The notes beneath the pieces are model-generated. The model made no database searches. It was not told the DNA's origin and worked only from the letters and a program-made list of their open reading frames with translations. This document shows positions 10,401-18,782 of a stretch of DNA of 64,000 nucleotides, in pieces. This stretch comes from an uncultured Chloroflexia bacterium (GTDB taxonomy: Bacteria; Chloroflexota; Limnocylindria; Limnocylindrales; CSP1-4), in contig CAWHXD010000017.1 of assembly GCA_963833225.1 (NCBI GenBank), positions 128,001 to 192,000 of the forward strand, written 5' to 3'. Made by a program: the position numbers and the translations under genes. Each line of letters starts with the position of its first letter. Positions within the stretch are counted from its first letter, which is position 1.

Positions 10401-10618
10401 TCCGCATGGGAGACCGCGCGCCGCTGCTCCGGGTTCAGGCCTTCGAGGAGCTGGTCCGTTCCCTCGGCCCCGGGCGCTTCGTTGACGGTGGCCTCGGCGT
10501 CGCCCCAGACCGGGATCTGGACCAGGGGCTGGGGCTCGCCGCGGGCGATCCGCCGTCTCACCGGGCGCTCCACCACGAGACCGGGCTGGGGGGTGGCAGG
10601 GCGACGGGGAGCAGGCAC
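7427..10618 (-). CDS. UvrD/PcrA-type SF1 helicase fused to a C-terminal PD-(D/E)xK nuclease (AdnA/AdnB-like)
   Basis: Helicase motifs AGAGTGKT, VDEFQDTN, VGDDDQSIYKFRGA, TVHKAKGLEF and EERRLFYVGMTRAR. Nuclease motifs GRYDRVD, DYKS and QLSIYA. One Cys in YLTCP plus CxxCx5C. Start uncertain; GTG at 10618 chosen. Confidence 0.88.
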   Translation of the reverse strand: MPAPRRPATPQPGLVVERPVRRRIARGEPQPLVQIPVWGDAEATVNEAPGAEGTDQLLEGLNPEQRRAVSHADGPLLVVAGAGTGKTQVITRRIAWLIATKRARPAEILALTFTDQAADEMQVRVDQLVPYGYTDTAISTFHAFGDRLVREFALELGLPSDVRVLSRPETVVFLREHVFELGLDEYRPLGDPTKFLDALATLFSRAKDEDVSPDAFLAHAERLAAEAAAAGEAPDADPDAVAALAEEARRRGELARAYGTYQRLLAANGAIDFGDQVSLALRLLRDSPSAREQIQQRFRYVLVDEFQDTNRAQAELVALVAQRHRNVTVVGDDDQSIYKFRGAAISNILEFRERYRNARVVVLRRNYRSRGPILDAAYRLVRHNDPDRLEVKAGIVKKLVPERGGDDAPAVRHEAFASGAEEADWIAADIARRVREGAPPRDVAILVRANAAADPVLRSLNLEGIPWRFSGTSGLYARPEIKLLLSFLRAVADPNASVDVYALAASPLYEMGGEDLVNIVNTARRRNRSVFEILEELGRQPGILRLRPETRATGAQLVADLREYVALAHERPTGEVLYAFLRGSGWLKRLAETETVAAEEALSNIARFFDIVRAQSSLLADDRVIFFVRHLQTLIGAGDDPPTADIDPDANAVAVMTVHKAKGLEFPVVFLPGLVAGRFPATGRREPLALPVELVNETLPEGDYQLQEERRLFYVGMTRARDELVLSHAADYGGQRARRVSPFVLEALDLPVAAGASSAGAKASSPLERLAANERPEAAPVASRSRTGEPITLSFYAIDDYLTCPLKYKYAHVLRVPLAPHHSIIYGAAIHAAVAEFHKRHARGDVMSEEQLVDAFTAAWRSEGFLSREHEEARLAAGRDSLRRFRDEQLRPGAIIPAYVEREFSFLLDGDRVRGRYDRVDIIPRDGAPPEVLAAVAESAAADVVEPTLFTYPEHVVITDYKSSDVRDPVKARQRAKDSLQLSIYAMGYEAMTGRLPDAVALHFLESGLVGTIAVDRKRIDKARLSIRAAAAGIRDRSFTAKPDHLACSWCAFREICPASAVR

Positions 10619-10673
10619 CCCGTGAGTGTGTGGCGAGCCCGTGCCAGCTCGGGTGTCACGGGTCCCATGACGA

Positions 10674-11192
10674 TCAGCCCTTCGCCGGTCCCGTCCCGGA
10701 GGCCAGCGCAATCCGCAGCGCCTCCGCCTCCTCGTCCGAGAGCGCGGCCTCGGAGCGCCCGCCGAGGACGCCCTTGCCGTAGACCCGGGTGGCGGTGCGG
10801 GTGTGGAGGCTGCTCACGATGAACCCATCGCCGCGGCCGTCGAGCAGCGCGAGCGCGAAGCTCTGGTTGCCGCCAGTGTCCTCGAACGGGTTGTAGCGGA
10901 CCAGCCCCAGCCGCTGGAACGCCCCGGGCTCATCGCTCTCGAGGACCGCGGTCCTCGCCTTGAGCGCGTCGAGCTCGCGCACGACCGCGTAGACCTTGTC
11001 GATGTGGGCCTCGAGCGTCGCCTCGAGGCTGGCGCCGTTGCCGCCGGCCATCAGCAGGCCGATCCGGCGGTCCAGCTGCCGCTGGCGGCGCACGAGGACC
11101 AGGACCACGATCAGGAGCACAAGGACGACCGCACCCAGCACCAGCATCACGGGGCCGAGCGACTGGGAAAGGGACTGCGTCAGGTCGTCCAA
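10674..11192 (-). CDS. DUF4446 family membrane-anchored protein
   Basis: N-terminal TM, then GLVRYNPFEDTGGNQSFALALLD...SSLHTR...RVYGK. TTG start at 11192 inferred. Confidence 0.8.
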   Translation of the reverse strand: MDDLTQSLSQSLGPVMLVLGAVVLVLLIVVLVLVRRQRQLDRRIGLLMAGGNGASLEATLEAHIDKVYAVVRELDALKARTAVLESDEPGAFQRLGLVRYNPFEDTGGNQSFALALLDGRGDGFIVSSLHTRTATRVYGKGVLGGRSEAALSDEEAEALRIALASGTGPAKG

Positions 11193-11360
11193 GGGAGTCC
11201 TCTGCAGGAAGGGCTGGCGGGCGGCCAGAGGATACCAGCCGCCGCTCACGCGCCATGCCCACGGCCCTCCGGCGACGCTCAGGAGACGCGCCCGGTGTAT
11301 CCTCCCCGCCGACACGCCGTGATCGCGGCGACCCGTCCAGGTGGAGGCCCGAACCCCGTC

Positions 11361-11762
11361 ATGGCGAAGCGCGCCCGAGGCAGCGTCCGACCCGGCCAGC
11401 GTCGGCCAACCGCCCGCCGCCCGGCTGCCCCCGGCGCGTCGGGAACCCCGACGGCCGCGGCTCCGAGGTCCGCGGGGTTGTCCGAGGCCGAGCTCGCCCG
11501 CGCGGCCGAGCTCGAAGCGCAGATGCTGGCGGCCGAGAAGGCCGCCGACCAGGCGCGCTCGCGCACCCGGGCCCGGGCGGCAACCCGCGAGGCCGTGTCG
11601 CCGGTGGCCCCGGGCTCGCTCGCGGTCAAGGCCGCCAACGAGTACGCGTACGTGTCCCGCGACGTGAAGGACATCGTCCGCATCGCCTCCCTGCTGATCG
11701 GCACCCTGATCCTGCTCTGGATCCTGATCGACGTCACCAAGGTGATCCCGATCGGCGGCTGA
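11361..11762 (+). CDS. Hypothetical protein with a basic N-terminus and C-terminal TM anchor
   Basis: GGAGG upstream of ATG 11361; ends EYAYVSRDVKDIVRIASLLIGTLILLWILID. Confidence 0.7.
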   Translation: MAKRARGSVRPGQRRPTARRPAAPGASGTPTAAAPRSAGLSEAELARAAELEAQMLAAEKAADQARSRTRARAATREAVSPVAPGSLAVKAANEYAYVSRDVKDIVRIASLLIGTLILLWILIDVTKVIPIGG

Positions 11763-11823
11763 CGCCGCGCGGGGCCTACCTCCGGCCCATGCCGCCCGGA
11801 TGCGCCTGCACACGCTCGAAGGG

Positions 11824-12309
11824 CTACTCGATCGCCGGGTGCGGCCTGCCCGACTCGGTCAACCGCCTGTCGAGCGCGACGGCAAGCGCCTCATGCCATC
11901 TGCTCCAGTCCGGCGCGTTCGCCTTGGCGCGATAGCCGCGCATGATCGGCGAAATCTTGCTCCAAGTCATGAGCGTTGGACTCGACAGGAGGTCATCAAG
12001 GAAGTCGATCTCCGCGAGCCCGCGCGCGTACATGACCCCCATCGTCTCGAACAGCATTCGGACGACGTTGAGCGCCGCCTTCTCCTCGAGCGTCGCCTCC
12101 GCATCGAATTGCTCGAACGTGGTGTACCTCCACGTCTGGACCAGCCAGTAGGCCCTCGAGAAGGCGGGATCGAAGAACGGCGCATAGACCCGCAGGACCA
12201 TCTCCTCCTGACGCTGCTTCGCGAGGCCGCGGAGCTGGAGCAGCCCGACGACGAGGGCGAGGACGACAGCGACGTTGCCGAGGGCGGATAGGGCTTGCAC
12301 CACGTCCAT
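11824..12309 (-). CDS. Hypothetical protein, DUF4760-like
   Basis: N-terminal TM followed by a helical domain with FETMGVMYARGL; GGAG RBS before ATG 12309. Confidence 0.55.
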   Translation of the reverse strand: MDVVQALSALGNVAVVLALVVGLLQLRGLAKQRQEEMVLRVYAPFFDPAFSRAYWLVQTWRYTTFEQFDAEATLEEKAALNVVRMLFETMGVMYARGLAEIDFLDDLLSSPTLMTWSKISPIMRGYRAKANAPDWSRWHEALAVALDRRLTESGRPHPAIE

Positions 12310-12405
12310 CAGATCTCCACTCGCTGGTTCGGGTAAGTGACGGAGCCTACTCCACCCCCTCGCCACCAGGCACGGCGTGGGAGCAGGCCTCGTAGACTGG
12401 GTGCG

Positions 12406-13929
12406 ATGCCCTCAAGCCGTCCTCCCCACCGCGTGACCGGCGCCCGTCCCGAAGCCCTGTTCAAGCCCCCTCCCGAGCGACAGCCGCTCGCGGCCCGGAT
12501 GCGGCCGCGCACGCTCGAGGAGTTCGTCGGCCAGGGGCACCTCGTCGGCGAGCGCGGGCCGCTCCGCCGGTCCGTCTCCCGCGGCCACCTCGCCTCGATG
12601 CTCCTGTGGGGCCCGCCCGGCACCGGCAAGACCTCCCTCGCCCGGCTGCTCGCCGACGCGGTTGGCGCCGAGTTCCGCACCGTGTCGGCCGTCATGTCCG
12701 GCGTCGCGGAGGTTCGAGCGATCGTCGCCGAGGCCCAGGAGCAGCTGACGCTGAACGGCCGCCGGTCGGTCCTGTTCGTCGACGAGATCCACCGCTTCAA
12801 CAAGGCCCAGCAGGACGCGCTGCTGCCCCATGTCGAGGACGGCACCGTCACCCTCATCGGCGCGACAACCGAGAACCCGTACTTCGAGGTGAACTCGGCG
12901 CTCCTGTCCCGGATGCGCGTGTGGCGCCTGGAGCCGCTGACCGACGAGGACGTCTCCGCGATCTGCCGGCGGGCGCTCGAGGACGCGGATCGCGGGCTGG
13001 CCGGGATGTTCGGGCCGCGCGGCGGCGTGGCCATGGCCGACGAGCCGTTCGAGCACCTCGTCGAGGTCGCCGGTGGCGACGCGCGGCAGGCGCTCAACAT
13101 CCTCGAGGGGGCGGTGGCGCTCGCCGAGGACGAGGACGCCCACGACGCCGACGGCCGGGTCTCCCCCACCCTCGCCCAGGTCGAGTCGGCCGCGCAGCAG
13201 CGCGTGCTCGCCTACGATCGCGCCGGCGACGGCCATTACGACACCGTGTCCGCGTTCATCAAGAGCCTCCGCGGCAACGACCCCGACGCCGCGCTGTACT
13301 GGCTGGCGGCGATGATCGCGGCCGGCGAGGACCCGAAGTTCGTCGCCCGGCGGCTGATCATCAGCGCCTCGGAGGACGTGGGCAACGCGGATCCGCGCGC
13401 GCTCCAGGTCGCGGTGGCCGCGGCCCACGCGCTCGACTACATCGGCCTGCCGGAGGCGCAGTACGCGCTGGCCCAGGCGACGACCTACGTCGCGACCGCG
13501 CCAAAGTCGAACCGCGCCGGTGGCGCGTACTGGGCGGCCGCCGGCGATGTCGCCGACAAGGGCTCGCTCCCAGTCCCCAATCACCTGCGCAATGCCGCCG
13601 ACCGGCGGATGAAGCACCACGGCATCGGCGTCGGCTACCAGTACCCGCACGACTTCGCGGGCCACGACGTGGACCAGCAGTACCTGCCCGACGCGCTCGC
13701 GGATCGCCGCTACTACCTCCCGTCGGACCAGGGCTACGAGAAGACGATCGGCGAGCGGATGGCCTGGCGCGCAGGCGAGCGAGAGGCAGCGCGCGTCGCG
13801 GGACGCACCCCGCGCAACCCGGTCCCCGGGCCCAGGGGGGACGGGATGGGGGCGTCCGGCAAGATCACCCGGGCCCGGGAGGAGGGCCGCAGGCGCCTCG
13901 CGGACACCCAGAAGAGCGACGCCGGGTGA
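12406..13929 (+). CDS. rarA: Replication-associated recombination protein A (MgsA/RarA)
   Basis: PLAARMRP, GPPGTGKT, FVDEIHRFNKAQQD, GATTENP, SAFIKSLRG and ASEDVGNADP motifs. Confidence 0.93.
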   Translation: MPSSRPPHRVTGARPEALFKPPPERQPLAARMRPRTLEEFVGQGHLVGERGPLRRSVSRGHLASMLLWGPPGTGKTSLARLLADAVGAEFRTVSAVMSGVAEVRAIVAEAQEQLTLNGRRSVLFVDEIHRFNKAQQDALLPHVEDGTVTLIGATTENPYFEVNSALLSRMRVWRLEPLTDEDVSAICRRALEDADRGLAGMFGPRGGVAMADEPFEHLVEVAGGDARQALNILEGAVALAEDEDAHDADGRVSPTLAQVESAAQQRVLAYDRAGDGHYDTVSAFIKSLRGNDPDAALYWLAAMIAAGEDPKFVARRLIISASEDVGNADPRALQVAVAAAHALDYIGLPEAQYALAQATTYVATAPKSNRAGGAYWAAAGDVADKGSLPVPNHLRNAADRRMKHHGIGVGYQYPHDFAGHDVDQQYLPDALADRRYYLPSDQGYEKTIGERMAWRAGEREAARVAGRTPRNPVPGPRGDGMGASGKITRAREEGRRRLADTQKSDAG

Positions 13930-13939
13930 GCCCGCTCCG

Positions 13940-14194
13940 ATGAGGCGGATCTCGGTCGTCGGTTCGAGCGCATCGGGCACGACGACGACGGCCAGCATCG
14001 TGTCGCAGATCCTGGGAGTACCGCATCGCGAGCGCTGCGATGCAATGCTCCGTGACGGCACGTGGCAGCACCTCAGCTTGAGGCGGCTGCGGACGACGGC
14101 AGACTTCCGATCCTTCCTGGACGAGGTCCGGGCAGCTGTCCCTGGAATCGCCGCACCGGGCGCCCGGTGGCGGTCCGCACCGGGCTACCGCTGA
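13940..14194 (+). pseudogene. Internally deleted remnant of an adenylate kinase/FlaR-like P-loop protein
   Basis: MRRISVVGSSASGTTTT (P-loop with the Lys missing) is joined almost directly to a C-terminus-like WQHLSLRRLRTTADFRSFL; only 84 aa. Confidence 0.5.
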
Positions 14195-14305
14195 CGGGGA
14201 GCCTGGGCACCGGCGCGTCCCAGCCGGTACCGTCCCACCGACGGCGTGCATCGCGTCACAGGGGAGCGGGCCGTGCCGACGGCCGCCAAGGAGGGTCGAG
14301 AGCCG

Positions 14306-15673
14306 ATGGGATGGCTCCGGGCGGGAGTGGCAGCCAGCCGAGGCATCCTCGCGCGATTCCTGCCCCAGGGCGCCATCCTGCTCTCGGTCCTGACCTTCGC
14401 CGCCTACGCCGCGGGCCTGGTGCGCGACCGACTGTTCGCGCAGACCTACGGAGCCGGGGTCGAGCTCGACGCCTACAACGCGGCATTCGTGCTCCCGGAG
14501 CTCGCCCTCGACGTCCTGGTCGCCGCGGGGCTGACGGCGCCCTTCGTCCCGGTGTTCAGCACGCTTCGAGGCGAGGATCCCGGGGCGGCAACCCGGTTCG
14601 CCCAGACCGTGCTCACGCTGGCCGTGATCGTGATGGGCGCCGCGTGCGCGGTGCTGCTGGTGATCGCGCCGTGGACCGTCGAGCTGATCGCGCCGGGCTT
14701 TGACACCGCCGGGCGCGCCCTGTACCTCGAGCTGTTCCGCCTGATGCTGCTGACGCCGATCCTGTTCGCCGCCTCGATCGCCCTGGGCGAGGTCCTCGTC
14801 GCGGAGCGCCGGTTCCTGTTCTATGCGCTCGCGCCCATCCTGTACAACGTCGGAATCGCCGGGGGCACGTTCCTGCTCCACGACGCGATCGGCATCCGGG
14901 CGGCCGCGGTCGGGGCGGTCGCGGGAGCCGCGCTCCACCTGGGGATCCGGGTCGCCGGGATCCTGCGCTCCTCCGTCCCGCTGCGGCCCCGGCTCGACCT
15001 CCGGCTGCCGGCCCTGCGCGAGTTCCTGCGGCTGATGGTGCCCAAGATGGCAAGCCACCCGATCGAGCCGCTGACCTTCCTGTACTTCACCCGCGTCGCG
15101 TCCACGCTGGCTGCGGGCAGCGTCACGGCCATCTCGTTCGCCCGCAACTTCCAGAGCGTGCCGGTGTCGCTCATCGGCGTGTCCATCGCCCTCGCCGCGT
15201 TCCCGGGCCTGTCGGCCGCGTGGGCGGCCGGCGACCGGGCGGGGTTCTCGGCCGAGATCCGGCGCAATGCCATCACCGTGGGCGTGCTCTCGCTGGTCGC
15301 CGCCCTCGGCCTGGTCGTGGTGGGGCCGCTGGGGATCGAGCTGCTGCTGGGCGGCGGGCGATTCGATGCCGCGGACGTCCAGCTCACCGCGACGGTCCTG
15401 GCCGCGTTTGCCATCGCGGTCCCGTTCGATGCCATGGGCCACCTGGTGGCGCGCGGCCTGTACGCGACGCACAACACGCTGCTCCCGGTGGCGGCGGCGT
15501 TCACGGGCTTCGGAGTGACGGTCGCCACAACGGCGCTCCTGGTCGGGCCGCTGGGCGTCGTGGCGGTCCCGCTCGGGTTCACGGCCGGGACCGCCGTCAA
15601 GGTGGTGCTCCAGGCAGTCGCCCTGTGGTGGCGGATTCGCCGCGCCCCCACCCCGCACGAGGCTACGGCTTGA
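14306..15673 (+). CDS. murJ: Lipid II flippase MurJ (MviN)
   Basis: GLVRDRLFAQTYGAGVELDAYNAAFVLPE and FVPVF motifs; many TM segments. Confidence 0.85.
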   Translation: MGWLRAGVAASRGILARFLPQGAILLSVLTFAAYAAGLVRDRLFAQTYGAGVELDAYNAAFVLPELALDVLVAAGLTAPFVPVFSTLRGEDPGAATRFAQTVLTLAVIVMGAACAVLLVIAPWTVELIAPGFDTAGRALYLELFRLMLLTPILFAASIALGEVLVAERRFLFYALAPILYNVGIAGGTFLLHDAIGIRAAAVGAVAGAALHLGIRVAGILRSSVPLRPRLDLRLPALREFLRLMVPKMASHPIEPLTFLYFTRVASTLAAGSVTAISFARNFQSVPVSLIGVSIALAAFPGLSAAWAAGDRAGFSAEIRRNAITVGVLSLVAALGLVVVGPLGIELLLGGGRFDAADVQLTATVLAAFAIAVPFDAMGHLVARGLYATHNTLLPVAAAFTGFGVTVATTALLVGPLGVVAVPLGFTAGTAVKVVLQAVALWWRIRRAPTPHEATA

Positions 15674-16568
15674 GCGGCAGCGTGGGCACGATCGCGATGA
15701 AGCGACCGTCGCGCCCGGGGTAGCTACCCTCGGGCCGCTTCCACGGGAAGTAGTTGTCGCGCATCGACGCCATGGCGTGAAGCGTGCCCGGCGGGTCGGA
15801 CCGCGGCCAGATCTCAGAGACCCACGGGTACCACGGATCCTGGATGTAGACGCCCGAGATCCTCGCGTCGTCGAACACCGCCGGGTCGGCATCGGCGCGG
15901 AAACCCGTCATGACCCACGTATGGGCACCGTTCCAGACCAGGAGGATCACCGGGGCGCCGGTGGCCTCGATCGCTCGCGCGGCGTCCGCCAGCGCGTCCT
16001 GGCGGGTCTCGTAGGCGCGGACCTCGTAGCCCGGAACGCCGTTCGCCTCCAGCGCGGCCGCCATCGCCGAGGGGCCCCACCCGCCGTTCCGGCTGTCGCG
16101 CTTGCTCTCCCACGCGTCGACCCGGCCGGCAAGCTCGTGCTGGTAGGCCTTGGTGAGCGGGGCCTTGCCGTGGATCGCGAGCACCATCTGCGTACCGGCC
16201 ACGGCGCACCAGTCGTGGTCGTCCTGGTGGATGAAGCTCGCCGCGGGGTCGCCGAGGATCTGGAGGTCGATGCGCTCGCGCACCGGTGTCGGGGTCGGGG
16301 TGGGTGTGGGTGGCGTGGTCTCGCCCGGCGCGAGCGACACCGACGGGGCCGGCGTGGGCGACGGTCGGGGCGTGACCAGGACATCCGCCGCGATGGGCCG
16401 GTCGGGCGGAGGATGGAGGACGAGCGCGACCTTGTCGACGAGGTTGTCGAAGCGGGCCCCGACCCCGAACAGGTTGAGCCACACGGCGCCAGCACCGAGG
16501 ATGCCGAGCGCGAGCACGGCGATGGCGATGGCCCCCCACGGGGCGCTGCGGCGGCGATGGGCGTGCAT
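15663..16568 (-). CDS. Membrane-anchored C39-like (papain-fold) cysteine peptidase
   Basis: N-terminal TM, Pro/Thr linker, then Q-x5-C (HQDDHDWC), GAHTWVMTG and IQDPW. Confidence 0.6.
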   Translation of the reverse strand: MHAHRRRSAPWGAIAIAVLALGILGAGAVWLNLFGVGARFDNLVDKVALVLHPPPDRPIAADVLVTPRPSPTPAPSVSLAPGETTPPTPTPTPTPVRERIDLQILGDPAASFIHQDDHDWCAVAGTQMVLAIHGKAPLTKAYQHELAGRVDAWESKRDSRNGGWGPSAMAAALEANGVPGYEVRAYETRQDALADAARAIEATGAPVILLVWNGAHTWVMTGFRADADPAVFDDARISGVYIQDPWYPWVSEIWPRSDPPGTLHAMASMRDNYFPWKRPEGSYPGRDGRFIAIVPTLPLKP

Positions 16569-16670
16569 GGACAGGCATCAACTCCGGGTCATCAGGCACG
16601 GGGACGCACGGACATGCACGCGTGCGACGCCGGACCAGCACGGGGATTCGGTGCGGCCCCCCTCCGCGGC

Positions 16671-16979
16671 TCAGGCCTTCGGCTTGCGGCCCCGTCCGCC
16701 CGGCAGCCTGCCCGGCGAGATGTAGATGGTCCGTGCGCGCACGGCCATCGACGTCCCCGGCCGGTGCGTGGCGATGGCCTTCTTGACGGCGGCCCGCATC
16801 GTGGGGATCTTGTCCGCGGGATCAAGCTCGATGGCCAGGATGTCCTCGTCGGCCTTGAGCCGACCAAGGGCCTTCCGGATCTCCTCCTGGCGCTGGAGCG
16901 CGGCAAGCTGGCGGGGCGAGAGCGCCCGCTCGCGGGGCTTGGGCGTGAGCTCCTCGATCTTCGCGCTGCGGATTCGCAT
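16671..16979 (-). CDS. Small basic hypothetical protein
   Basis: 102 aa, Lys/Arg-rich, ends GGRGRKPKA; GGAG RBS upstream of ATG 16979. Confidence 0.65.
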   Translation of the reverse strand: MRIRSAKIEELTPKPRERALSPRQLAALQRQEEIRKALGRLKADEDILAIELDPADKIPTMRAAVKKAIATHRPGTSMAVRARTIYISPGRLPGGRGRKPKA

Positions 16980-17273
16980 TGCTGCTGACACTCCCGTGGC
17001 GGGTTCCGATGTTGGCACGTCCCGGATCATGACACGAATCCGCTCCAACTCGATACGTAGCACGCCGCCTCTTTCGATTGCGTCGATTCACTTCCCTGAC
17101 TTCAATTGTGTCGTCCTCGTCGCCCGGTCCGGGGCGCTGGGGCCCGGCGAGGACCCCCGAACGCCCGGAATCTGCCTGAATAGGTGCATAGATGGGGTAC
17201 CCAGCCAGCGCGCGGCGATCTATGCTTCTCACGAGCCGGCGCATGGGTATGCCGGAGAGGGAGGTTCACGCGC

Positions 17274-17948
17274 ATGACCGATCCCACCGGGGGTGCTCCG
17301 AGTCCGCAGGCCCCGCAGCCCCCTGAGCAGGCGCCCGCGCCGCCGCCTGCGGGCGCGCCCGCGCCGCCGCCTGCGGGCGGCAACTGGAGCTCGCCGCCGC
17401 CCACTGGCCAGATGCCCGGTGGCTTCAACCCGAACTTCCAGTCGGCCGCCGTCGAAGCCGGGCCTGCGCCCGGGATCGTCTACGCCGACCTCGTCAACCG
17501 GATCATCGCCCTGGTCATTGACGGCGTGATCCTGTGGGTGATCAACATCGTCCTGATCTTCATCGCGGGCGTCATCGCCGTCGCGACGGACATGGGCTGG
17601 ATCTTCACCCTGATCTTCGGGCTCATCTGGGCCGCCGTGAGCGCCGTCTACTTCATCTACGGCTGGACCCGGATGCGGGCCTCGTTCGGCCAGAAGTTCC
17701 TCAACCTCCAGACGGTCAGCGCCGCCGACGGCGCGACCCTGACCCAGGACCAGGCGATCCGCCGCTGGGTCTTCCTCTGGGGGCCGTTCGCCCTGGGCGC
17801 GATCATCCCGATCCTCGGGGTGTTCATCTCCCTCCTGGCCGCGCTCTACGCCCTGTACCTGCTGTACACGGCGAACCAGAGCCCCAAGCGCCAGGGCTTC
17901 CACGATGTCCAGGCCGGCACCGTGGTGGTCAAGCGCGTCGTCGCCTGA
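17274..17948 (+). CDS. RDD family membrane protein
   Basis: Pro-rich N-terminus, YADLVNRIIALVID, SFGQKFL and RQGFHDVQAGTVVVK; GGAGG RBS. Confidence 0.9.
   Translation: MTDPTGGAPSPQAPQPPEQAPAPPPAGAPAPPPAGGNWSSPPPTGQMPGGFNPNFQSAAVEAGPAPGIVYADLVNRIIALVIDGVILWVINIVLIFIAGVIAVATDMGWIFTLIFGLIWAAVSAVYFIYGWTRMRASFGQKFLNLQTVSAADGATLTQDQAIRRWVFLWGPFALGAIIPILGVFISLLAALYALYLLYTANQSPKRQGFHDVQAGTVVVKRVVA
17331..17378 (+). repeat. 2 x 24 bp tandem repeat encoding APAPPPAG
   Basis: GCGCCCGCGCCGCCGCCTGCGGGC occurs twice in tandem. Confidence 0.85.
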
Positions 17949-18423
17949 CGCACGCCGCCGCTCGCGGCACGTCGACGGGGCCGGCATCGCCGGCCCCGTT
18001 TTCGATTCCCGACGGTTCGAAGTCGAGCGCCCGGACGTGGCGCGGCCGGAACACGGCCAGTGGCCGCCGGTCGAACGCCACGACGCGCCGGATGGCCAGC
18101 CGCTCCGCCGTGGCCACCAGCAGAGCGTCCGCGAGGCGCGGCCGATGTTCGGACGCCTCGTGCATCAGGACCATCGCGCGCACCAGGTCCTCCGTCGTCG
18201 GCGGGACCAGCCGGATCGCGTCGCTGACCACCGCCTGGAGCACCGCCTCGGTGGCGGCCACCCCGAGGTCGCGCTGCAGCAACAGATCCAGCTCCGCGAG
18301 GCCCAGCGCCCCGAGCAGCAGCGGCTCGTCCGCGCGCGCGAACCAGCCCACGGCCGCCGCGTGGTTGAGATCGGCGATGTCGGCGGCCGCCACCACGGCC
18401 GAAGGATCGAGCAGGATCGCCAC
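17929..18423 (-). CDS. vapC: PIN-domain toxin (VapC-like)
   Basis: Acidic PIN residues in ILLDPS, LAELD, LADALLVATAE and AFDRR; abuts the antitoxin stop. Confidence 0.82.
   Translation of the reverse strand: MAILLDPSAVVAAADIADLNHAAAVGWFARADEPLLLGALGLAELDLLLQRDLGVAATEAVLQAVVSDAIRLVPPTTEDLVRAMVLMHEASEHRPRLADALLVATAERLAIRRVVAFDRRPLAVFRPRHVRALDFEPSGIENGAGDAGPVDVPRAAACVRRRRA
17975..18003 (+). terminator. Intrinsic terminator after the RDD gene
   Basis: ACGGGGCCGGC-ATC-GCCGGCCCCGT stem-loop followed by a short T run. Confidence 0.7.
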
Positions 18424-18672
18424 CTAGCGGTCGCCCGGCCGCCGGCCCGCCTCGCGTCTCGCGATCGAGCGGCCGTCCAGCGACAGCCGGCCGTGGTTCG
18501 ACCGCCCGATGCCCACGAACGGGAACTCGGGAACCGTCTCATGCTCATCGAGCCAGGTCTCGATCGCGGAGGCGATGACGGCGGTCTTGGTCGTGCGCTC
18601 GCGGCGCACATGCCGGTCGAGGCGTTCGAGCAGGTCGGCGTCGAGCAGGATCGTCGTTCGGTTGGTCGGCAT
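18424..18672 (-). CDS. vapB: Ribbon-helix-helix (CopG-like) antitoxin
   Basis: RTTILLDADLLERLDRHVRRERTTKTAVIASAIETWL; directly upstream of the PIN gene. Confidence 0.8.
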   Translation of the reverse strand: MPTNRTTILLDADLLERLDRHVRRERTTKTAVIASAIETWLDEHETVPEFPFVGIGRSNHGRLSLDGRSIARREAGRRPGDR

Positions 18673-18782
18673 ATGACCACATATATAGCAGGCTGGACGG
18701 CAGGCGTCCACGTCGGGCACGATGCCCGCTCACCCACCCCGACCGGGCCCAGCCCACCCGCATCGACCCCGGAGACCTGAAC

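Noticed and set aside
18673-18690. Leaderless -10 for the antitoxin gene
   Set aside because: The AT-rich TGCTATATAT patch is suggestive but does not give a proper TAnnnT at the spacing seen for the other genes, so it was not counted.
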